This document shows positions 47,478 through 57,679 of a stretch of DNA of 64,000 bases, one piece after another. The stretch lies in the sequence record SRR2962707_1082; one strand, written 5' to 3'. A program made the translations under genes and the position numbers. The number at the start of each line of letters is the position of its first letter. The stretch's first letter is position 1. A model generated the notes under the pieces. It had not been told where the DNA came from. It saw only the letters and a program-made list of their open reading frames with translations, and searched no databases.

Positions 47478-48854
47478 ATGACCTATCAAAACTACACAAC
47501 TGAACAACTTCAGAAAATTGATGCTGAGCATCACCTACACCCGTTTACAGACCAAAAAGATTTGCGTGCCTCAGGCAGCCGTATCATTACGCGCGCTGAC
47601 GGCCCCTATATTTATGACAGTGAGGATCACAAAATCCTTGACGGTATGGCGGGCCTTTGGTGCGTCAATATCGGCTATGGCTATGACGAACTTGCCGATG
47701 TTGCTGCGCAAGCGATGCGTGAATTGCCTTATTACAATTCGTTTTTCCGTTGCACGACACCGTCGCCGGTGTTGCTGGCGCAAAAAATCACGAGCCTTGC
47801 ACCTGACAATATGAACCAAGTGTTCTTTGGTTCATCAGGGTCAGAATCAAATGATACAGCACTTCGTTTGGTGCGTTATTATTGGATGATTGAAGGTAAG
47901 CCTGAAAAGAAAATCATCATATCACGCGATATGGCCTATCATGGTTCAACAATCGCCGGTGCGTCGCTGGGCGGCATGTCCGGCATGCATGAGCAGCTTA
48001 ATGGCGCTGTTCCAGATATCGTTCACGCGATGTGCCCATATTCTTATGAATTGGCACATGAAGGCGAAAGCGAAGAAGACTTCGGCATACGCGCAGCCAA
48101 ATCAGTTGAAGACGCCATTCTTAAAGCAGGCCCTGAAAATGTGGCTGCCTTTATTGGCGAGCCGATTATGGGCGCAGGCGGCGTTAAAATCCCACCAGCA
48201 AACTATTGGGCTGAAATTCAGCGCATTTGCGAAAAATATGATGTGCTGATCATGCTTGATGAAGTGATCACCGGCTATGGCCGTACAGGCGCATGGTTTG
48301 CTGCTGAATCGATGAACATAAAAGCCGATACGATTACGACGGCGAAGGGTTTGACGTCAGGCTATCAGCCTTTGTCAGCCCTGCTTGTTGGCGATAGAAT
48401 TGCCAATGCTATTGTCGAAAAAGGCGGTGAGTTTAATCACGGCTATACTTATTCAGGCCATCCCGTTGCCTGCGCGGTTGGGCTTCGCAATCTCGAAATC
48501 ATCGAGCGCGAAGGCATGGTCGAGCGTGTGCGCGATGATACCGGCCCTTATTTGCTGGAGCAGCTAAAAGAGGTGATCGGCGACCATCCAATGGTCGGTG
48601 AAATCCGTGGTCGCGGCTTTATGATCGGCGTTGAGATCGTCAAAGATAAGAAGACAAAAGAACGCTATGAGCCATCAGGCCATGCGGCGGTTGTTTTGCG
48701 TGATCATTCGATTGAGCGCGGCTTTATGTTGCGGGCAACGGGCGACACAATGATTATTGCGCCAACACTAATCTGGACGCGCGCACATGTTGATGAAGCT
48801 GTTGGCATATTGAAACGGGCGCTTGATGCAGCGCTGGTAGATTTGTCTGCGTAA
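47478..48854 (+). CDS. class III omega-amine/putrescine:pyruvate aminotransferase (SpuC-like)
   Basis: HHLHPFTD, LDGMAGLWCVNIGYG, YHGST, DEVITGYGRTG, TAKGLTSGY and HGYTYSGHP. Confidence 0.87.
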   Translation: MTYQNYTTEQLQKIDAEHHLHPFTDQKDLRASGSRIITRADGPYIYDSEDHKILDGMAGLWCVNIGYGYDELADVAAQAMRELPYYNSFFRCTTPSPVLLAQKITSLAPDNMNQVFFGSSGSESNDTALRLVRYYWMIEGKPEKKIIISRDMAYHGSTIAGASLGGMSGMHEQLNGAVPDIVHAMCPYSYELAHEGESEEDFGIRAAKSVEDAILKAGPENVAAFIGEPIMGAGGVKIPPANYWAEIQRICEKYDVLIMLDEVITGYGRTGAWFAAESMNIKADTITTAKGLTSGYQPLSALLVGDRIANAIVEKGGEFNHGYTYSGHPVACAVGLRNLEIIEREGMVERVRDDTGPYLLEQLKEVIGDHPMVGEIRGRGFMIGVEIVKDKKTKERYEPSGHAAVVLRDHSIERGFMLRATGDTMIIAPTLIWTRAHVDEAVGILKRALDAALVDLSA

Positions 48855-48863
48855 AATAACTTC

Positions 48864-48890
48864 GGATGGTGGCCGCATTGGCCGCCATCC
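48864..48890. terminator. hairpin between convergent genes
   Basis: GGATGGTGGCC-GCATT-GGCCGCCATCC. Confidence 0.55.
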
Positions 48891-49471
48891 TATCTATATA
48901 ATTTGGCGAGGCGCTTTTGCTCTTCAGCATCAAATTTTAGCTGCGCTCGATCATGCTCGCGCGATATTTTCTTTGCCACTTTTGCTGCTTTTTTATCGAG
49001 CTGTTCGCAGGTCTTTTCTGCTGGCAGCGACATCAGTGTGTGTTCGAGCCTTGTTGCGTAATTTTCTGCAATAGCGACATGGGTGTGCTCATGAATTTTC
49101 GCGTATTTTGACAGATAGTCCCATGCGCGTTTCAAATCTGCATTTTTTGACTGCGAGCGATTTTCCCAGCGAGGTAGTGTGATGTTGGCGTTCACGCGAA
49201 ATTTTGCGCTTTTAAAGCTGCAACCGGCCAAAGTCTCATTTTGAAAAACAGATACGGGCTCAAATTTAATCGCCGCTGAAGCCAATGCGTGGCCGCTAAG
49301 TGGACCCTTGTTTCTCAGTTCTGCGTCGAGCTGGTCGCTATTTGCACCGCGAATTGAATAATATTTTGTGCTGACGGATGATGACGTTGAGGCGCAGCCT
49401 GCCAATAGCAAAGCTAGGCATGCAAAAGCACTGGATTTCGCAAATTTATTTTGAAAGCTGTTCATCGTCAT
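48890..49471 (-). CDS. DUF922-like predicted secreted Zn-dependent protease (lipoprotein)
   Basis: Lipobox LAGC, YYSIRG, ITLPRW, HEHTH (HExxH) and QLKFD. Confidence 0.75.
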   Translation of the reverse strand: MTMNSFQNKFAKSSAFACLALLLAGCASTSSSVSTKYYSIRGANSDQLDAELRNKGPLSGHALASAAIKFEPVSVFQNETLAGCSFKSAKFRVNANITLPRWENRSQSKNADLKRAWDYLSKYAKIHEHTHVAIAENYATRLEHTLMSLPAEKTCEQLDKKAAKVAKKISREHDRAQLKFDAEEQKRLAKLYR

Positions 49472-49644
49472 TTTCCCGTGGCGAACTGTACTTTGGTTAC
49501 TTATCTGTAAAGATCAACGCGCTTTCGCAAAAAGAATTCACTAAATGCAGCCAATGGTTAATTTGCGTAAACGAAAAAGTTCAAGAAAAAGCCAAAATTT
49601 AGATTTGCTTAATAGGTCAATAACCTCGTGGTAACAATGTCTGT

Positions 49645-49793
49645 TTAAGAATGAGAACCGAGGCCAGTTAAACGGCGTCACTCCGGATCAGGTACTGCGT
49701 ACCGGAGCATAGATTTTTACCACAGCGTATTCGTGGTCTTAGTATTTGAGTAATAAACCGCTTCATGCTTTTTGGGTATGAGGCGGTTTTTTT
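49645..49793 (+). ncRNA. candidate small non-coding RNA (family not recognised)
   Basis: No long ORF; two internal stem-loops (49681-49707, 49719-49737) and a strong intrinsic terminator with no upstream plus-strand CDS. Confidence 0.45.
49755..49793 (+). terminator. Rho-independent terminator
   Basis: AAACCGCTTCATGC..GTATGAGGCGGTTT followed by TTTT. Confidence 0.85.
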
Positions 49794-49860
49794 ATGGCGT
49801 ATCCAAAAGCGCTTAAACTTAGTGCTTTTCGCCGACCGGCAATTGGGCTAGGCGAAAGAT

Positions 49861-51333
49861 ATGACAATTTCGATCATGCTGCAGGGAACTGGCTCGGACG
49901 TTGGCAAGACGGTGCTTGTCGCGGGGCTTTGCCGCGCGCTAAAAAACCGTGGCTATCAAGTGCGCCCGTTTAAGCCGCAAAACATGTCGAACAACGCCGC
50001 TGTTGCCGATGATGGCGGTGAAATTGGCCGCGCCCAATGGTTGCAGGCGCTGGCGTGTGGTGTGCCGCCATCCATTCACATGAACCCCGTATTGCTGAAA
50101 CCGCAATCGGATGTTGGCAGCCAAGTTGTCGTGCATGGCAAAGTTTTTGGCAGCGCCAAGGGGCGAGACTATCAAAAACTAAAGCCGCAATTACTTGCCT
50201 CCGTTCTCACCAGTTTTGAACATTTAAAAACGGACGCCGACATTATCGTGGTTGAAGGTGCCGGTTCGCCCGCCGAGATTAATTTACGCGCTGGCGATAT
50301 TGCCAATATGGGCTTTGCCACGGCTGCCCATGTGCCGGTGGTTCTTGTTGGTGATATTGATCGCGGCGGCGTTATCGCCTCGCTGGTCGGCACCTATACA
50401 ATATTGAGCGATGAAGACCGGTCGATGATTGTTGGCTTTTTAATCAATAAGTTTCGCGGCGATGTTTCGCTTTTTGATGATGGTTTGAAGTCAATCACTG
50501 AATTTACTGGTTGGCGCAGTTTTGGCGTTGTGCCCTGGCTTAAGGAGGCTGCTCGGCTTCCGGCAGAAGATTCTGTTGCGTTAGAAACCATGATGCGGGC
50601 AGGGCGCGGCGGATTAAAAATTGCGGTGTTGACGCTTAATAAGATTTCAAATTTTGATGATCTTGATCCGCTCAATGCTGATGAGAATGTCGATGTATCC
50701 ATGGTGCGGGCAGGCGACGCGATCCCGACTGATGCCGCACTTGTTGTCATACCAGGCTCAAAATCCACCATTTCAGACTTGCAGAATCTGCGCGAGAATG
50801 GATGGGATAAACAGCTTAAAGCGCATATCGCAAAGGGTGGCCATGTGCTCGGTATTTGTGGCGGTTACCAAATGCTCGGCAAAACGATTGCTGATCCCGA
50901 TGGGGTGGAGGGCGATCCTTCCACGGTTGAAGGCTTGGGGCTGCTCGATATTCACACGGATATGCGGGCTGAAAAGCAATTGCGTAATGTGGCAGGCCAC
51001 AGTCCAATTTTTGACGTGGCGCTTTCGGGCTATGAAATCCATATCGGTGAAACGATTGGTGCTGATTGCGCACGTCCTACGGCCATTATTGATGGTCGGC
51101 CAGATGGCGCGACATCGCCTGATGGCAACGTCTGGGGCACGTATCTGCATGGTATTTTTGATAATGGGCTATTTCGCCAGAAATGGCTGGCGCAATACGG
51201 CGTTGTCAGCGATGGAAAGCACCATATTGAGGCGGTAAATGCCGCGCTGGACGCCATCGCAGCTGAGCTTGAAGGCCTGCTCGATATAGATGGGATGCTT
51301 GCTGCTGCGCGTGAATTTAATCCCAACGAGTGA
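49861..51333 (+). CDS. cobQ: cobyric acid synthase
   Basis: MLQGTGSDVGKT, PFKPQNMSNN, EGAGSPAEINL, DIDRGG, GICGGYQMLG and GTYLHG. Confidence 0.96.
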   Translation: MTISIMLQGTGSDVGKTVLVAGLCRALKNRGYQVRPFKPQNMSNNAAVADDGGEIGRAQWLQALACGVPPSIHMNPVLLKPQSDVGSQVVVHGKVFGSAKGRDYQKLKPQLLASVLTSFEHLKTDADIIVVEGAGSPAEINLRAGDIANMGFATAAHVPVVLVGDIDRGGVIASLVGTYTILSDEDRSMIVGFLINKFRGDVSLFDDGLKSITEFTGWRSFGVVPWLKEAARLPAEDSVALETMMRAGRGGLKIAVLTLNKISNFDDLDPLNADENVDVSMVRAGDAIPTDAALVVIPGSKSTISDLQNLRENGWDKQLKAHIAKGGHVLGICGGYQMLGKTIADPDGVEGDPSTVEGLGLLDIHTDMRAEKQLRNVAGHSPIFDVALSGYEIHIGETIGADCARPTAIIDGRPDGATSPDGNVWGTYLHGIFDNGLFRQKWLAQYGVVSDGKHHIEAVNAALDAIAAELEGLLDIDGMLAAAREFNPNE

Positions 51334-51406
51334 ACGCAGCACGGATAAGTTCTTCGTTGTCGCAATATTGATTGACGCGCCCTTCCATTGCGACCTATTC
51401 TAGGCC

Positions 51407-51606
51407 TGCAATGGTTCTAAAAATGCTGATGTGTTTTGGATCAAAAGGGAATGTGACGGACGGACCTATTTCAGGCGTCTAAATCACTGCCGACCCCGCG
51501 ACTGTATATTGGTGCGGTGCTTATCGTTTCGCAAGAAACACCACTGGGAAACTGGGAAGGTTTGAGCATCGACATAAAGCCAAGAGCCAGGAGACCTGCC
51601 TTTGCA
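51407..51606 (+). promoter_or_regulatory. cobalamin (B12) riboswitch
   Basis: AATGGTT..AAAAGGGAAT..AAATC..CCCCGCGACTGTA..CCACTGGGAAACTGGGAAGG..GAGCCAGGAGACCTGCC B12 box; upstream TTGACG-N18-TATTCT promoter; precedes the cob operon. Confidence 0.93.
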
Positions 51607-51761
51607 CGTAATCTGATAGGGCGGGTGTCCTGTATCGGACCATGGCTTAGAGTCGCATTGCGCGATATTTCGGGTAAGCCAAAGGTTCGGCGTGACACCG
51701 CTTTTTTGACACGGGAATTGTCACTTGAAACGAAGCCGAAACCATTGCCAGCGAGCAGAAC

Positions 51762-52292
51762 ATGACTGAATTTAACCTACATCGGGGCACAACCCTTGTG
51801 TTGGGTGGTGCGCGCTCGGGCAAATCTGTCTTTGCCGAAGATCTGATTCTCGCCAGTGATTTTAATCCGGTTTATATCGCGACCTCGCAGATTTGGGATG
51901 ATGAAATGCGCACGCGTGTTGATGCGCATATTGAGCGGCGCGGCGATGATTGGATTTGCCTTGAAGCGCCCGATGATCTGGAAGGCGCGCTTCTAAAAGC
52001 GGACGGCCACGGCAATGCAATATTGGTGGATTGCCTAACGCTTTGGCTCACAAATTTGATGATGGCGGATGCGGACATTGATGCGCGCATCGCCTCTCTG
52101 CTGGATGTTGAGCAGGAATTAGATTGCCCCGTTGTTTTTGTTTCAAACGAGGTCGGCATGGGCATTGTGCCGGATAACAAGATGGCCCGCGAATTTCGTG
52201 ATCATGCCGGACGCCTGCATCAAAAACTCGCGGCTTCAGCCTCACAAGTATTTTTTATCGCAGCGGGTTTGCCGCTGAAAATGAAGGGTTAA
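51762..52292 (+). CDS. cobU: bifunctional adenosylcobinamide kinase / cobinamide-phosphate guanylyltransferase (CobP/CobU)
   Basis: LGGARSGKS, DCLTLWLTN, VSNEVGMGIVP and AGLPL. Confidence 0.95.
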   Translation: MTEFNLHRGTTLVLGGARSGKSVFAEDLILASDFNPVYIATSQIWDDEMRTRVDAHIERRGDDWICLEAPDDLEGALLKADGHGNAILVDCLTLWLTNLMMADADIDARIASLLDVEQELDCPVVFVSNEVGMGIVPDNKMAREFRDHAGRLHQKLAASASQVFFIAAGLPLKMKG

Positions 52293-52295
52293 ATT

Positions 52296-53345
52296 ATGTC
52301 GAACGCAAAAATTCCAGCCACAGTGATCACCGGTTTCTTGGGCGCTGGAAAAACCACGATGATCCGCAATTTGCTGCAAAACGCAAAGGGCAAACGCATT
52401 GCGCTTATTATCAATGAGTTCGGTGATTTGGGCGTTGATGGTGATGTGCTCAAAGGCTGCGGCGTTGAGACTTGCACAGAAGATGACATTGTTGAGCTCA
52501 ACAATGGCTGTATTTGTTGCACAGTTGCAGACGATTTTATTCCTACAATGGAAAAATTATTAGAGCGTGAAAATCGCCCCGATCACATTATCATCGAGAC
52601 CTCTGGTTTGGCGTTGCCGCAGCCCTTGGTGGCTGCGTTTAATTGGCCTGAGATCAAGACGCAGGTTACCGTCGACAGCGTTATCACGGTGATTGATGCA
52701 GCAGCGGTTTTTGAAGGGCGCTTTGCCCATGACCATGCAGCGCTTGATGCGCAGCGCATTAGCGATGAGGGGCTTGATCATGAAAGCCCGCTGGAAGAAT
52801 TGTTTGAAGATCAAATTCGCGCCGCTGATATGATCGTGCTCAACAAAGCTGATCTGGTGAGCGCTGAAGGCTTGGAAAAAGTGCGCGCGGAAGTGCAAAA
52901 GCAAACCGATCGTCCGCTTAAAATAGTTGAAGCCAATCATGGTAATTTGCCAATTGAAGTGCTGCTCGGTGTTGGTGCTGCAACTGAAGATGAGATTGCG
53001 AACCGCAAGTCACACCATGAAATTCACCATGCAGACGGCCATGAGCACGACCATGATGAATTTGAGAGCTTTGTCGTTGAAACTGGCGAAATTGCCAATA
53101 CGGATAGCTTTGTTGCCTCTTTGAAGCAGATAATCGCATCACATGATGTGTTGCGCTTGAAGGGCTTTTGCGCGGTTCCTGGAAAGCCGATGCGTCTTGT
53201 TGTGCAGGCTGTTGGCCAACGCATAGAGAGCTATTTTGACCGCGCTTGGAAAGAGGGTGAGACGCGCAATTCGCGTTTGGTTGTGATTGGTCTGCATGAT
53301 CTTGATCAAGCAGCCATTTCAGCGGCGATTAGCGAAGCTGCTTAG
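52296..53345 (+). CDS. cobW: cobalamin biosynthesis GTPase metallochaperone
   Basis: TGFLGAGKTT, NEFG, GCICCT, ETSGLA, NKAD and His-rich linker. Confidence 0.95.
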   Translation: MSNAKIPATVITGFLGAGKTTMIRNLLQNAKGKRIALIINEFGDLGVDGDVLKGCGVETCTEDDIVELNNGCICCTVADDFIPTMEKLLERENRPDHIIIETSGLALPQPLVAAFNWPEIKTQVTVDSVITVIDAAAVFEGRFAHDHAALDAQRISDEGLDHESPLEELFEDQIRAADMIVLNKADLVSAEGLEKVRAEVQKQTDRPLKIVEANHGNLPIEVLLGVGAATEDEIANRKSHHEIHHADGHEHDHDEFESFVVETGEIANTDSFVASLKQIIASHDVLRLKGFCAVPGKPMRLVVQAVGQRIESYFDRAWKEGETRNSRLVVIGLHDLDQAAISAAISEAA

Positions 53346-53350
53346 CCCCT

Positions 53351-56300
53351 ATGCATTTATTGCTCGCGCAAAAAGGCTCTTTGACCGATGGCGACGGTGA
53401 GGCGATTGATTTAGGCCAATCGCCAGCCGCCGTCTGCTTTTTGTCGTTTGCCGATACCGAACTTGCCAGTGTTGCTGATGCAGCACGGCGACTTGGCACG
53501 AAGCGCCTGCGCGCTGCTAATATTGCGCAGCTGAAGCACCCCATGTCGATTGATACCTGGATGGAGCGCACGGGTAAACATGCCAAATTGATCGTTGCGC
53601 GTTTGCTTGGCGGTAAGGCCTACTGGCAATATGGCGTGGAAGCGTTGCAGTCTGCAGCCCAGCAAAATGGCGTTAAAATTGTTCTCCTGCCGGGCGATGA
53701 TAAGCCAGATGGTGAGCTTGAGACCCTCTCGACAATAAGCAGCGATGATTATCATTCACTTTGGCGGTTTTTGATTGAGGGCGGATCAGACAATGCGGCG
53801 GGCTTTATCGAGGCCTGCGAAGCATTGGTAGATGGCTTACCCATCGAAGGTGATGCAGCACCGCTTCTAAAGGCAGGTGTCTTGGGATCGTTGCCCAAAC
53901 ACGATCCTACAAAGCCCATCGCGGCCATCGTTTTCTATCGCGCTTTGGTTCAGGCGGGGCAAACCGCGCCCATTGAAATGCTTTGCAAATCGCTTGAAGC
54001 GCGCGGCGTGCAGGCTGTTCCCATCTTCGTTTCCAGCCTCAAAGATGCGGTAAGCGCGGCAACGGTTTCATCCATATTTGAGAAATCACCGCCTGATGTG
54101 GTGCTCAATGCAACGGGTTTTGCGGTGTCGTCACCGGGCGCAGATCGCCAGCCCACCGTGCTTGAAGAAAACGGTACGCCGGTATTGCAAATCGTTTTGT
54201 CCAGTTCGGATGAAGCGACTTGGCTTGCCTCGCCGCAGGGCCTTAATGCGCGTGATCTGGCGATGAATGTTGCGCTGCCAGAAGTGGACGGACGGATATT
54301 TGCGCGGGCAATTTCATTTAAAGCTGCAGATGTTTTTGATGATAATGTTGAATGCAATATTGTTGCGCATCGGCCGGTTAAAAACCGCATAGATTTTGTC
54401 GCTGATTTAGCCGCGCGCTGGGCGCGGCTGCGGCGCAAGAAAAACGCTGATCGGCGCGTTGCTTTGGTACTGGCTAACTATCCTAACCGTGATGGCCGTC
54501 TTGCCAATGGCGTTGGTTTGGACACACCCGCTGGCACGATGGAAGTGCTGCGGGCGATGGCGAATGACGGCTACAGTGTTGATAATTTGCCAGCCGACGG
54601 CGATGGTCTGATTGCGCAATTAAGGCGCGGCGTCACCAATGCGGCCACTACTGGGCGTGTGGTCGGTGAAGTGATTTCTCTGAGTCAATACAACGACTTC
54701 TTTCAATCGCTTCCCGCTCAGATTCAAGATGAAGTGACCGCCCGCTGGGGCAAGCCTGACAATGATCCATTCTTTTTAGACGGTCAATTTTGCTTACCGC
54801 TTGTGCGGTTTGGCGAAACGCTTGTCGGCATTCAGCCGGCACGTGGATACAATATTGACCCCAAAGAAAGCTACCATTCTCCGGACCTTGTGCCGCCGCA
54901 TGGCTATTTTGCCTTCTACGGTTATTTGCGAGAAGTCTATGGCGTGGACGCCATCGTGCATATGGGTAAGCATGGCAATTTAGAGTGGTTGCCCGGCAAG
55001 GCTTTGGCGCTGTCTGAGACCTGTTACCCCGAAGCGATATTGGGACCGATGCCGCATCTTTATCCTTTTATTGTCAATGATCCCGGCGAGGGGACGCAGG
55101 CCAAAAGGCGCAGCGCCGCTGTTATCATCGATCATCTGACGCCGCCGCTCACGCGGGCGGAAAATTACGGCCCGCTGAAAGATCTCGAAGCGTTGGTTGA
55201 CGAGTTTTATGATGCATCGGGAAACGATCCGCGCCGCGTGAAATTGCTGAAAAAGCGCATATTAGAGTTGGTGCGCGATAGCGGTTTGGACCTTGATGCT
55301 GGCATTGCCAAAGAAGACCGCGACGATGCAGCTTTGGAAAAGCTCGATGCCTATCTGTGCGATCTCAAAGAAATGCAAATTCGCGATGGCTTGCATATTT
55401 TCGGGCTCGCGCCGGAAGGGCGTTTGCTGACCGATTTAACTGTGGCCTTGGCGCGTGTGCCACGCGGTGCAGGGGAAGGCAAAGATGCTAGCCTGCAGCG
55501 CGCGATTGCGGCAGATTTAGGCTTTGCGTTTGATCCGCTTGATTGCAATCCAGCAGAAGAATGGCGTGAGGCGCGCCCAGAATTATTGAACACGGTCAGC
55601 GCAGATGTTTGGCGTTCAAACGGCGATACGATTGAGCGCATTGAACTTTTGGCGGCGCAATTGGTGAGCGGCGAGACACCGCTTAATGACAACTGGTCTG
55701 CAACGAATTTGGTTTTGGCTGAAATCAAAGACCGCATTCAGCCTTCTGTTGAAGCGTGCGGTGCTGCAGAAATCAAAGGCCTTATGGCAGGTCTTAATGG
55801 CTGTTTTGTTGAACCTGGCCCATCAGGTGCGCCGACACGCGGGCGGCCAGACGTGCTGCCAACGGGGCGAAACTTCTATTCCGTCGATACCCGCGCTGTG
55901 CCAACGGAAACCGCATGGGAATTGGGCAAGAAATCGGCTGAGCTGCTAGTCGTGCGCTATATGCAGGACAATGGCGATTACCCCACAAGTTTTGCGCTGA
56001 CGGCATGGGGCACATCAAATATGCGTACAGGCGGTGATGACATCGCCCAAGCGCTGGCGCTGATCGGCGTAAAACCAATATGGGACGGCGTATCGCGCCG
56101 TGTCACCGGCTTTGAAATTGTACCGCTTGCCAAACTGGGCCGCCCGCGCGTGGATGTCACCTTGCGTATTTCTGGCTTTTTTCGCGATGCGTTTCCAGAC
56201 CAGATTGCGCTGTTTGACCGCGCGGTACGGGCTGTTGGCGCGTTGGAAGAAGAGGCGAGCGATAACCCGATTGCAGCGCGTATTGCTTCAGAATGTGCAG

Positions 56301-57046
56301 CGATGATGGCCAAGGGCATGAACGCGGATGAAGCTGCAAAGCAAGCTGGGTTTCGCATTTTTGGCTCAAAGCCCGGTGCCTATGGTGCCGGTTTGCAAGC
56401 CCTTATCGATGAGCGCGGTTGGAGCGATAAAAGCGATTTGGCCGAAGCCTATATGGTCTGGGGCTCCTATGCATACGGTGCCAAAGCGCAGGGCGAAGGC
56501 GCGCGCGGCCTGTTTGAAACGCGCCTGCGCTCGGTTGAGGCAACGGTTCAAAACCAAGATAACCGCGAGCATGATATGCTCGACAGCGATGATTATTATC
56601 AGTTTGAAGGCGGTATTAGCGCGGCGATTGAAACGCTGACCGGTGATCAGCCCATTCATTACCATAATGATCACTCACGGCCGGAACGCCCAATCATTCG
56701 CACATTAGAAGATGAGATTGGCCGCGTGGTGCGCGCGCGCGTCGTCAACCCGAAATGGATCGCAGGCGTTATGCGCCACGGCTATAAGGGTGCGTTTGAG
56801 ATGGCGGCAACGCTTGATTATATGTTTGCCTTTGCGGCAACGACAGGCGCCGTGCGCAGTCACCATTTTGATGCGGTCTATCAGGCCTTTTTGGTCGATG
56901 ATGATGTGCGGGAATTCATTGCGGATAAAAATCCGGATGCTTTGCGTGAAATGGCGGCGCGTCTTAACGAAGCGATTGATCGCGGCCTGTGGACACCGCG
57001 CAGCAATTCAGCAAAATTTGAACTTCAACAACTAGCGGGAGCCTAA
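53351..57046 (+). CDS. cobN: cobaltochelatase large subunit
   Basis: MHLL N-terminus, ANGVGLDTP, HMGKHGNLEWLPGK, NDPGEGTQAKRR, PTGRNFYS and VNPKWI. Confidence 0.96.
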   Translation: MHLLLAQKGSLTDGDGEAIDLGQSPAAVCFLSFADTELASVADAARRLGTKRLRAANIAQLKHPMSIDTWMERTGKHAKLIVARLLGGKAYWQYGVEALQSAAQQNGVKIVLLPGDDKPDGELETLSTISSDDYHSLWRFLIEGGSDNAAGFIEACEALVDGLPIEGDAAPLLKAGVLGSLPKHDPTKPIAAIVFYRALVQAGQTAPIEMLCKSLEARGVQAVPIFVSSLKDAVSAATVSSIFEKSPPDVVLNATGFAVSSPGADRQPTVLEENGTPVLQIVLSSSDEATWLASPQGLNARDLAMNVALPEVDGRIFARAISFKAADVFDDNVECNIVAHRPVKNRIDFVADLAARWARLRRKKNADRRVALVLANYPNRDGRLANGVGLDTPAGTMEVLRAMANDGYSVDNLPADGDGLIAQLRRGVTNAATTGRVVGEVISLSQYNDFFQSLPAQIQDEVTARWGKPDNDPFFLDGQFCLPLVRFGETLVGIQPARGYNIDPKESYHSPDLVPPHGYFAFYGYLREVYGVDAIVHMGKHGNLEWLPGKALALSETCYPEAILGPMPHLYPFIVNDPGEGTQAKRRSAAVIIDHLTPPLTRAENYGPLKDLEALVDEFYDASGNDPRRVKLLKKRILELVRDSGLDLDAGIAKEDRDDAALEKLDAYLCDLKEMQIRDGLHIFGLAPEGRLLTDLTVALARVPRGAGEGKDASLQRAIAADLGFAFDPLDCNPAEEWREARPELLNTVSADVWRSNGDTIERIELLAAQLVSGETPLNDNWSATNLVLAEIKDRIQPSVEACGAAEIKGLMAGLNGCFVEPGPSGAPTRGRPDVLPTGRNFYSVDTRAVPTETAWELGKKSAELLVVRYMQDNGDYPTSFALTAWGTSNMRTGGDDIAQALALIGVKPIWDGVSRRVTGFEIVPLAKLGRPRVDVTLRISGFFRDAFPDQIALFDRAVRAVGALEEEASDNPIAARIASECAAMMAKGMNADEAAKQAGFRIFGSKPGAYGAGLQALIDERGWSDKSDLAEAYMVWGSYAYGAKAQGEGARGLFETRLRSVEATVQNQDNREHDMLDSDDYYQFEGGISAAIETLTGDQPIHYHNDHSRPERPIIRTLEDEIGRVVRARVVNPKWIAGVMRHGYKGAFEMAATLDYMFAFAATTGAVRSHHFDAVYQAFLVDDDVREFIADKNPDALREMAARLNEAIDRGLWTPRSNSAKFELQQLAGA

Positions 57047-57047
57047 A

Positions 57048-57677
57048 ATGAGCGATGCAGAAAAACCAATCATCAATGATGTGGAAAAACATAACGCTAA
57101 AATGGCGAAAAAGAAGGCTGCTCGTGATAAAATCATGGCCACTAAAACCGATGAAAAAGGACTGATTATCGTCCACACCGGCAAGGGAAAAGGCAAATCG
57201 ACGGCAGCCTTTGGCATGATTTTCCGCAATATTGCCCATAAGCGCAAATGCGCCGTCATTCAATTTATCAAAGGCGGCATGTCGACTGGCGAGCGCGATT
57301 TGATTTTGGAACATTTCAGCGATCTGTGCGCGTTCCACACAATGGGCGAAGGTTTTACGTGGGAAACGCAGGATAAAGCGCGCGATATTGAAATGGCGCA
57401 AGCCGCGTGGGCGAAAGCAAAAGAAGAAATTCTCGACGAGACCAATCACATGGTGCTGCTCGATGAGATCAATATCGCGCTGCGCTATGATTATATTGAT
57501 GTGAATGAAGTCGTTGCGTTCTTAAAAGAGCACAAGCCGCATATGACACATGTGGTTTTAACGGGGCGCAATGCGCGCGATGAGCTGATTGAAGCGGCAG
57601 ATTTGGTGACGGAAATGGAACTCGTCAAGCATCCATTCCGCTCTGGCATTAAGGCGCAAATCGGCGTTGAGTGGTAG
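57048..57677 (+). CDS. cobO: cob(I)yrinic acid a,c-diamide adenosyltransferase
   Basis: HTGKGKGKSTAAFG, QFIKG, GEGFTW, LDEIN, LTGR and KHPF. Confidence 0.96.
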   Translation: MSDAEKPIINDVEKHNAKMAKKKAARDKIMATKTDEKGLIIVHTGKGKGKSTAAFGMIFRNIAHKRKCAVIQFIKGGMSTGERDLILEHFSDLCAFHTMGEGFTWETQDKARDIEMAQAAWAKAKEEILDETNHMVLLDEINIALRYDYIDVNEVVAFLKEHKPHMTHVVLTGRNARDELIEAADLVTEMELVKHPFRSGIKAQIGVEW

Positions 57678-57679
57678 GT

